DNA of 64,000 bases from Paraspadella gotoi (Eukaryota > Animalia > Chaetognatha), in contig JBJCIZ010000239.1 of the NCBI GenBank assembly GCA_051294375.1, positions 4,531,834 through 4,595,833 of the forward strand. The letters run 5' to 3'. Under the pieces are notes generated by a model that had not been told where the DNA came from, did no database searches, and saw only the letters and a program-made list of their open reading frames with translations. A program made the translations under genes and the position numbers. Of this stretch, positions 54,816 to 64,000 are shown piece by piece. Every line of letters starts with the position of its first letter. The stretch's first letter is position 1.

Positions 54816-57800
54816 TTTNNNNNNNNNNNNNNNNNNNNNNNNNCGCTCAGATGGTCCTTGTCCGGCCATAAACTAAAAATAGCATTTCTCTCGCATCCCT
54901 TCGTCGCTCCAGAGGCAAAGACTTCTTAGGAAGCTGTTGTTCTTTTCTTTGTTCTTTTCTTCGTTCCTTTCTTTGTTCTTTTCTTTTTTTCTTTTCTTTT
55001 TTCTTTTCTTTGCTCTTTTCTTTGATTTTTTCTTTCTTCTTTTCTTTGTTACTTTCTTTGTTCTTTTCTTTGTTCTTTTCTTGTTCTTTTCTTTGTTCTT
55101 TTTTTCATTCTTTTCTTTGTTATTTCTTTGTTCCTTTCTTATTTTCTTTGTTCCTTTCTTATTTTTTTTGTTATTTTGTTATTTTCTTTGTTTTTTTCTT
55201 TGTTCTTTTCTTTGTTCGTTATTTTGTTCTTTACTTCGTTTCTTTCTTTGTTCCTTTCTTTGTTTCTTTCTTCTTTTCTCTTTTCTTCTTTTTCTCTCTT
55301 CTTTTTAAACACTCATTGGATTTTCTCTTTATCTTTTTGATAGGGGAGCCAGGTACTCTGGGAGTGAATAAACGAGACTGAGGGAGAGTCTTGATAGAAA
55401 GTTTGCAAGGACCTGCTATGTCATTATATTGTAAGAGTGATGGAGGCCTTAAGCCACCAAAGTCAGGTCCAAGATAGTTTATTTATTAAATGAATGGATA
55501 ATTTTTATATTGGTTGTACCAATTTCATTGAATAGATCGGCTAAACTTAATCCTAATACGAGTTTTAATCCAATTCTAATCCCTAATTCCTAATTTTAAT
55601 ACATGACTTCATTGCTTAACCCTAATGACGTAGCCCGTGTATTTATGACACGCACTGCATCGGAATTCCGTCTTTTATTCTTTATCGTTTTAAGATTTCC
55701 TGAAGGCGGCGCTAGCAGTCACTTATATTGAAGGCTTTTTTCCCTTTGTAACAAATGAGCAACCAACTATAGGCGAGCATGTTTAACCTAAGTGGGACAG
55801 ACCGATGGACAGACATACCGGCAGACCAACCGACAGACCGACCGAAAAGTGACAAGGAAGAGAAAGAAAAAAGTGATAGCGAAAAGATTTTTGCAGATTT
55901 TCGTTGTTTTATCAAATATTTAAACGCTTATAATTCCGAATAAAAAGTCTTCAAAAGCCCTTAGAAACAATTAGGTTAAACTGCTTGACATAAATGTAAA
56001 CTCCCATTGGCCGAACTCAAAAGAAGCCACATATAAAATGGCGAAACATCCAGTAACTANNNNNNNNNNNNNNNNNNNNNNNNNNNNNNNNNNNNNNNNN
56101 NNNNNNNNNNNNNNNNNNNNNNNNNNNNNNNNNNNNNNNNNNNNNNNNNNNNNNNNNNNNNNNNNNNNNNNNNNNNNNNNNNNNNNNNNNNNNNNNNNNN
56201 NNNNNNNNNNNNNNNNNNNNNNNNNNNNNNNNNNNNNNNNNNNNNNNNNNNNNNNNNNNNNNNNNNNNNNNNNNNNNNNNNNNNNNNNNNNNNNNNNNNN
56301 NNNNNNNNNNNNNNNNNNNNNNNNNNNNNNNNNNNNNNNNNNTTTTTTTTTTCAAAGTTCTATTTTTAGTCATTTTATGCTTGTTTTACCTCCTTTATGC
56401 TTCTTTTCGCGACGTCGTCTTCCCAGTCGGTTTTTTTCTTTTTTTTCTTTTCCTTTCTCTTTAAAATCGTTATTTTTGGGTTTTCGCTTCTCGGAGCTTC
56501 GAGTCAACGTTCAGAGAGGAACAAAAAATGAATCACGTGAAATTGACAAGAACAACAAAAATCCTCACATCAAGCGCCGAAGGAACGTGTTTTTGTAACA
56601 CACTTGTTCGGTAGACTTAGTGTGCAGGCACATAATGCATATTTATTAGCCGTAATTATGCAAGATACACGTTTAATGGGAAAGACTCATGAAAAGTGAC
56701 TGTGAAAATCTTTCAAACGAGAAAAACCAGATGCACGATAAAAACTAATTATAAAATAAAACTATATATTATATATAAAATAGAGATCAGTAAATCTAAA
56801 TAGTAAAATAAAAAAAACCTTTAAGCGTTAACAGGCTAATCAATGCACGAATGAGTCATTAAATATGATTATGAAAGAAGGCTTAAAAAGTACTTTTTTA
56901 TGTCTCAATGATTAATTTTGATGTTCCTTTGTTTTTAAAACTTTAAAAAAAGTTTCAGCGCCGAGATTTATGGAGGTTTTTCAAAAGANNNNNNNNNNNN
57001 NNNNNNNNNNNNNNNNNNNNNNNNNNNNNNNNNNNNNNNNNNNNNNNNNNNNNNNNNNNNNNNNNNNNNNNNNNNNNNNNNNNNNNNNNNNNNNNNNNNN
57101 NNNNNNNNNNNNNNNNNNNNNNNNNNNNNNNNNNNNNNNNNNNNNNNNNNNNNNNNNNNNNNNNNNNNNNNNNNNNNNNNNNNNNNNNNNNNNNNNNNNN
57201 NNNNNNNNNNNNNNNNNNNNNNNNNNNNNNNNNNNNNNNNNNNNNNNNNNNNNNNNNNNNNNNNNNNNNNNNNNNNNNNNNNNNNNNNNNNAGTGTCTTC
57301 CATAAACAGGCGCCAGGCATCGCCCATCGAGGAATCTCCCGTTTAAGAAAAAGAAATGGCGCCGATTTTTACTTTTGTTTCTTGAAAGCGCCACGAGCGG
57401 AGGAAAACGGAAAAGTGATAAAAAACAAAAGAGCAATCGGCGATTCGGATTTGGAGAAAAGGGTTGAAGAGTTGAAGGGTTTTTCTCGTCGTTGTCATCG
57501 TTGTTGTCGTCGTTGTTGTTGTTTTCGTTGTTGTTGTTTTCGTTGTTGTCTTGTTATCGTAGTCGTCAGTCTTGTTATCGTCGTTGTCGTTGTTTTTGTT
57601 GTCTTGTCATCATTGTCATCAGTGTTGTTGTCGTCGTTGTCGTTGTTTTCGTTGTTGTCTTGTTATTGTTGTCGTCAGCCTTGTTGTCGTCGTTGTTGTT
57701 GTTTTCGTTGTTGTCTTGTCATCGTTGTCGTCAGTGTTGTTGTCGTTGTTGTCGTCGTCGTTTTTTTTGTGGTTGTTGTCAACGTCGTAGATTTTTCGTC

Positions 57801-58526
57801 GCTGTCGTCCTTTTTGTTGTTTTCTTCGTTGTCGTTGTTTTGTTTCTGTGGTTGTTTTTGTTGTTGTTTTTCTCCTCCTCCACTTCAAAACCCTCGACCT
57901 TCTCGAGTCTCTACCAAAAAAAAGTCGCGCCCTCTGTGGGGAATTCTATTTTGTTCATCTTGATTTCCCCCGGGCGGATCTCTCTCTCTCTCTTTTCTCT
58001 AATGTCTCTTACTATCTGGTTCTCTCGCCGTCTTTTCTCTCTCTCTTCCTCTCTCTCTCTCTCTCTCCTCTGCTCTTTCTCTCTTCCTCTCTCTGTCTTC
58101 TCTCTCTCTCCTCTCTTTTTTTCTCTACCTCTCTCTTTCTTTTTTACTATCTTCTCTCTCTCTCTTTTTCTATTTCTTCCCTCTCTCTATCACTCTCCTC
58201 TCTCTCTCTCTCTCTGTCTCCCTTTCTCTCTCAAGCCTTTCGCATCTTGAATACATTTCTCCCTCCTTTTCCGCCCTCTATTCGCCCCCCACCGCAAGCC
58301 ATCTGTATCCCCCCACGGACCCCGTTCCAGAGCGGGGCGCCTCCGCCCCCCAAGAGTCGAGCTTGAGAGAGAGAGAGAGAGAGATGACGAGTGAAGAGAG
58401 AGAGAAAGAAGAGAGAGAGAGAGAGAAGAGAGAGAAGAGAGAGAGAGAGGAAAGAGCTCTGGCGCGTGGAGGCGAGATTCAATTTTCGCATGCAGATATT
58501 TTTTTTTCGCCAAAAACTTTTTTTTT

Positions 58527-61515
58527 AGTCGGACTCTGCTTTATCCAGCAAGATCCCGACTCTATACTCACTTTTTCGGTCCGTCGCGTCCGCCCCCTCA
58601 ATATTTGTCGGGCACACACTTATTATCCATGTTCAGAAACATCGAATTATGATAAATTATGCCAAAAAAAATGCATGTCCGTCCGTCCGTCTGTTCCGTC
58701 CGTCCGTCCGTCCGTCCGTCCGTCCCACCTTTAGCCAAAAAACTCCAATTACCCGTGATTGGATGGATGGATGGTATGAAATTTTGTGTGTGGGGTAGGG
58801 AAACTGTGTGATTGAGATGGATATGGAAGTTTCGGTGGAAATCGTGCGAGTCGGAAATTGGTTTAAATGGAAAAAAACTAAAAAAACTTATATTTCACAT
58901 TTGAAACGCATTGCTCTATTGAGTGGATAGTGCCCAATTGATTGACAATTTGCTTATGGTGGTAGGAAAGTGTGCTGATTGAGCTCGATATTAAAGTTTC
59001 GATGGACATCGTGCGAGTGGAAATAGTTAAAATGGAAAAAACAAAAGTCATATTTACTTGAAGTATTTTTTACTATAAAAATAATTAACTCATAATTATT
59101 TTGTTTATTAAAAATTGATAGATAAATCGAAATTGAATTTTGGTGTGTGGGTAAGGGAAAGTATTGATAAAAGGTGGATAAAAATTTTTTGCATGGAATC
59201 GTAGGCAGTGTGGCAAAAGAGTTTTCAAATTAGAAAACCAAAGACAAACATTTATTTGAATCCCTTTTAAAGTTCTCCTCTCTTCTCTCTCTGATGAATT
59301 GATTTGATTGATCTGATCGATTGATCCCTGACCAAATTTGCCAGTGACCAAATTCTGCAAGTTAATCAAGTTTTGCAAGTTGACCAATACTGCCTGTTGA
59401 CCAATTAGGCTAGTTGATAAAATTATGCCAGAGTTAACCAAATATATTGCCGGTTTGACCCAAATTAATCTTAATTGATCAAATTATGTCAGTTACCCAA
59501 AATTTGTCAGTTGACTCAAATTATGCTCAGCTAGACCAAATTATTCAGTTAACCAAATTATGTCAGTTGACCAAATTATGCAAGTGATTAAATTATGAAG
59601 TTGAGCCAGATAGCTTATTACCACTTAATTTATCGATTTGACCTGAATTTTGTATGTGAGTAGAAAAGTGTGTTGATTCAAACAGGAAACCAAGTTTCGC
59701 ATGGAATCTTTTGAGTGGAAATGAGTTTAAATGGAAAAAAACACAAAAAACCTGTTTCACTAACCCTTGATTATGCTTTCTTTTTCTTTATTATTAAATG
59801 TATATGCAGGATGTATTAAAAGTCAAAATAATTAATCAGTTAATAACTCAATTAGTCAATTAATTAATCAATAATTAATTAATCAGTCAATCCAATCCGG
59901 TTCATCCATCCGTCCCACCTTAGCAAAAGCTCCAATTAACTCGTGATTGGCTGCGTTTGGATTGAAATGAAATTTGTGTGGTGGGTGGAAAGTGTTGTGA
60001 TAAAGCTGTGATTATCAACGTCGACGACGTGGAATCGCTGTGAGTGGGAATGAGTTTAAGTGGAAAAAACATAAGTCGCATTTACTAAATCTTTTTACTT
60101 ATTATTAACCAAAAGTACTCTTAAATTAATCATAATTGGATGGATAGATTGAGTTCAAATTTTGTGTGCGGTAGAAAAAAAATGTGTATCGATTGCTGCA
60201 TATAAAGTTTGGTGGAAACGTACGAGTGCGCGAAGAGTTTTAATGAAAAAAATATGAGCACATTTACTTGAATCTTTTTACTTATTTAACCCATAATAGA
60301 TTGAGATGAATTTTCGTGAGCGGGTAGGAAAGTGGCTGAAAAGCTAGATATAAGTTTTGACGGAATTGTGCCAGTGGAAATGATTTAAACTCGAAAACAA
60401 ACTAAGTCACATTTACTGGAAGCAGAATAGTGAATGATTACAAGTTAAAAAAGATCCTAAAAGCATAAGGATCGTCGCAATTAAAGAGAGAGAGAGAGAG
60501 AAGACGAGAGACGAGAGACGAGAGAGAGATGAGAGAGAGACGAGAGGCAGTAAAATGAGTATTTAAGGCATTCGTCGCAAATTGCAAAGAGAGAGAGATG
60601 AGAGAGCAGAAGAGAGAGCAAGTGCAGAGAGAGAAAGATAGAAGAGAGAGAGTCCGAGATTAAAAATTTTAGCGAATAAAAAAGCTTGGTATTTTACCCT
60701 CAACTGAATAAAAAATTACTTAAAAACTTACAAAATACATAAAATTGATAAATATTATTCCGATAACATTTGTTTTAATCACATGGGCCAATATATCTAG
60801 TTTAAAGCCTAATAATCTAGTAAGGCGGGCCAAAAATTGAACACTTTTTCATAACTTCTAGTTCTCTTTAAATTTTTTTCCTTTTACTACTAAATCGGAT
60901 TTTTCAATATACCTTTTTGAACCTATTTCATTGGGTTGTTGCACTGAAGCTTTTAAATATTTATTAAATATAATAACTATATAAAGTATTGGAACGGAAT
61001 TTGCTCCGCCAGGCGGAAATCGTGTTTAGAGTGGAAAAAAACATAAGTCACAGTTTTACTTGAATCTTTAATACTTAAAGGATTACTATAAATGGTTTTA
61101 ATTTAATTAATGAATTAATTAATGAATTAATGTGAAAAAAATGATGCAAGCTTAAAAAAATCTGCTAACAGCCATAAAGATCGTCGCACATTGCAATGAA
61201 AAAAAAAAGAGAGAGAGAGATAGAGAGCAGAGAGAGAGTGAGTGAAGAGAGAGAGAGAGAGAGAAGGAGGACATTAAAATAAATAGAGGATATTTTGTTT
61301 GTTTTTGATTAAATGTAAACACAAACATATTTAATAAACTGTCCTAACCCATATTTTAAGGACATCGATGATGATTAAGTTGATATAAATTTAAAATAGT
61401 TATTACATATTAAAATTAATTAATTAATTTAATTAATTAATCGATTAAATTAATTAATTAATTATCGTAGGCAGATCCGACATTGTTTGCCCTCAAAAAC
61501 TTGTTTGAATACTTG
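58527..61515 (+). mobile_element. DINE-1/HINE-like non-autonomous Helentron-type element (~3 kb)
   Basis: Inserted in a T-run. 5' inverted repeat agtcggactctgct/agcaagatcccgact, (GTCC)n microsatellite at 58677-58725, internal ~150-bp tandem units, 3' sub-terminal IR gcagatccgac (61471-81) and an acttgtttt end. Absent from the duplicate at ~50650. Confidence 0.7.
59327..59607. repeat. ~18-bp degenerate minisatellite (gttgaccaaattatgtca), about 15 copies, inside the HINE-like element
   Basis: Read directly. Confidence 0.8.
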
Positions 61516-61804
61516 TTTTTTGTTTATTTTTATTGTTTTTGTTTCTTCTTGTTCATATTTTTTGGTCTGTCGGTTCTTTCTGTACAGTCTATTCTTTTCT
61601 ATTTCTTTTGAAATTTTAATTGCTCATAACCGCCTGTATTCCAATTCATTACTACTAATAGTGTGGTTGTCTCATTGCTTTAAGACAGCGAAAAAAACCT
61701 CCAATGTTTTGCGCCGCATTAGGAAATCCTAAAACTTTTCAAGAATAAAAGACGAGCTTAGAAAGTCATTGCGGCGCTACACACATTGAAATTTCTGTTC
61801 TTAT

Positions 61805-62065
61805 TTTTAGTTGCGCCGCGAGTACTCGCGGAGCAACTCTATAAGTCATTTTTCGGTCGGTCTGTCGGTCCGTCGGTATTTATGTCCGTCGATCTGTCCC
61901 ACTTACGTTAAAAATTGAATAAAATTTGCCTATAGTTGTTTGCTCTTATGTTAAGACAGAAAAAAACCTCAATTCTAAGAGACTGCAAGCGCCGCCTATT
62001 GGAAATCTAAAACTAAATAAAAGACGGAATTTTGATGCAGTACATGTCATAAATACACGGGCTAA
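61805..62065 (+). mobile_element. Second HINE-like dispersed family (palindrome followed by a CGGT/CTGT microsatellite). Copies at 50943-51202 (+), 55630-55853 and 46330-46553 (-); short remnants at 7015-7084, 8148-8185, 29510-29586
   Basis: tttttagttgcgccgcgagtactcgcggagcaactctataagtcatttttcggtcggtctgtcggtcc; the downstream gtcccactta..gcctatagttg..gcgccgcc..gtcataaatacacgggcta matches the reverse complement of 55630-55853. Confidence 0.6.
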
Positions 62066-62642
62066 GAAAGGTATTGTCGTCATGTCATGTCACGTCATGT
62101 TATGTCATGTCACGTCACGATAAATAACTGTTTTTGTTTTTCTTTTGTTTTTATCCTTTTCTTTCATTTCTTCTTTTTTTATTCATTTTTAAAAAAAAAA
62201 AAACTTTTTCACCGTTTTTTTTCCTTTTAACTTTAAGACATTCAAGTCTAATAAAAAAGAAGGACGCTCAGACAAGCTTGCAAGGGCTCATGGGACTGAA
62301 AAAAAATATATATATTATATGAACAAAATTTAAATGGGATGTGTCAAAGGACCCGAAAAAGTATAAAAGTTCATACTCATTTGTTTGTAGTGTCATTGGA
62401 ATCACAGGGAGTATATAATTAGTAGTAAATGTAATCTCATTGTCAGGTTTACTGTGAATTGGAAAAAAGATTTTCTTTCCAAATATTTCCTCATGTATTT
62501 CACATAGCAACATCTGATGATCTCACATTTATTTTTTCAAATCAACTTTAAGCCAAAAAGTGTGGAATTGGCTGGACAAGCTATTTCTCTCCACGATGTG
62601 TTTGACATCGCCTCCAACTTCCCTTTCTTCCCCCTTAACCCT

Positions 62643-62712
<70 letters not shown>

Positions 62713-63759
62713 TCCTCGCATTAATTCTTCCCGAAATAAACTTTTATCGATTCTCATTTTCGATTCTGGAAATAAATTTTTTTTTGTTTCGCTCCCAAAA
62801 ATCTTCAAAAAATAAAATTTCTTTTCTTATTTTATTTCGCGGTTTAAACTAATTTTGCTATTGGATTAAAGTTTTCTGTTATGATTGGTTTTATGTATGC
62901 AATAATTGGTAATGTCAATCATGAGAAAATACTTTTTTCAATTTAAATTTTCAATTTTTTTATATCGCATTTTTGTCGTGCGTTTTGTTTCAGGTCTTTA
63001 TCTCAACATAGAATCAGTTATATTTTAATCAAAAACGATCTAGGAAAATAATAAAATACTATAATTCAAATCAGGATTTTGAATAAAATATTGTGTTCCA
63101 AATGAAATTAATAGCATCAACAGATTTATTTCTTTTTCATAAAAACAATGAAAGTGAAAAAAAAGATAAAGTGATCATAAATATTGAATTTGAAACCTAA
63201 ATTTGTCTAAATTGTCTTAAATTCAGTATTACATAATTTTTATATTGGTTGTACCAATTTCATAATATTTTATGTTTAAAGATTAGGTTAGTGGTTAGGA
63301 TTAAGGATTAGGGTTTAGCATTAGAGAGGTTAGGATTTAGGATTAGGTTAGGTTTAGTCTTTAGGGTAAGGAAATAAAGTTTGGGATTATTTTTACTGGT
63401 TTGGTAAGAGGTTTGGATTAAACAACAAAATTTATATTTTCTAAAAGCCTCTCATTTCTATTCATTAATCCCTTCCCTTAATTTTAATCTTAATAATCAA
63501 CCCTAATCTGTTACCAAAACCAATAACCAAATCCCTAACCCTAATCCCTAACAAAATCCTTTACCCTAATTTTAATTTCATAATCTATAACCGTAACCCT
63601 AACCCCTAAACCTTAGTCCTGAACCCTGAACTCAAATCACTAATCTAATCCCTTACGCTAATTCTTAACCTAATCCCTAACCCTGACCTTTAACCTAAAA
63701 TAACATAATTTTCTAATTTAAGATGAAACGGGGCGTTTAGTGAAAATAAGGCCGACTCT

Positions 63760-63880
63760 TCACGCATATTCCCGCCACAAGAACCGATCGTCTCCCAACA
63801 TTTTCGCCAATTTTCGATTGTAAGGTTCGTAGAATTTTTTGAGCAACGCTCGAGTGTCGTTTCGCATGTGGCCGATCTTC
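63760..63880 (-). CDS. Intact terminal exon of the CHST15-like sulfotransferase; the gene continues beyond the window end
   Basis: ttacAG/G AAG ATC GGC CAC ATG... translates to KIGHMRNDTRALLKKFYEPYNRKLAKMLGDDRFLWREYA*, 40 codons with no indels. Confidence 0.85.
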
Positions 63881-64000
63881 CTGTAATTGGGAGGCGATGT
63901 ATGAGTTAACTGTGTCAGAAACTGTATTGAGTGTTGTATTGAGTCTTGTTTAGGTTGTTGAAAAAAATGTCAAAAAGGAAACTTTAAGAATCAGAAAAAC

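Overview
AT-rich, intron-rich eukaryotic (probably invertebrate animal) scaffold full of (GA)n/(TC)n microsatellites. Most ORFs in the supplied track are low-complexity noise; the real genes have to be spliced by hand. Supported genes: (1) a 4-exon minus-strand Kelch/beta-propeller-like gene (3269 to <1) whose first intron holds a sense-strand minimal hammerhead ribozyme inside a ~53-bp inverted repeat; (2) a plus-strand quiescin sulfhydryl oxidase (QSOX, 19076 to ~35937) that appears to carry a ~200-aa secreted Ser/Gly/Tyr/Asn-rich low-complexity segment between its signal peptide and thioredoxin domain; (3) the 3' end of a minus-strand CHST15/HS3ST-like sulfotransferase, present twice; (4) a decayed, probably transposon-derived SAMD3-like coding region (~11.1-13.5 kb). 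Mobile DNA includes a TTAA-flanked TIR element and a DINE-1/Helentron-like element (each with an empty site in the duplicate copy), MITEs filled with telomere-like repeats, a tRNA-derived SINE and a structured dispersed repeat. Four noisy local duplications, each with a 25-N gap between the copies, look like long-read gap-fill or haplotype artefacts, so many frameshifts here are probably sequencing errors.
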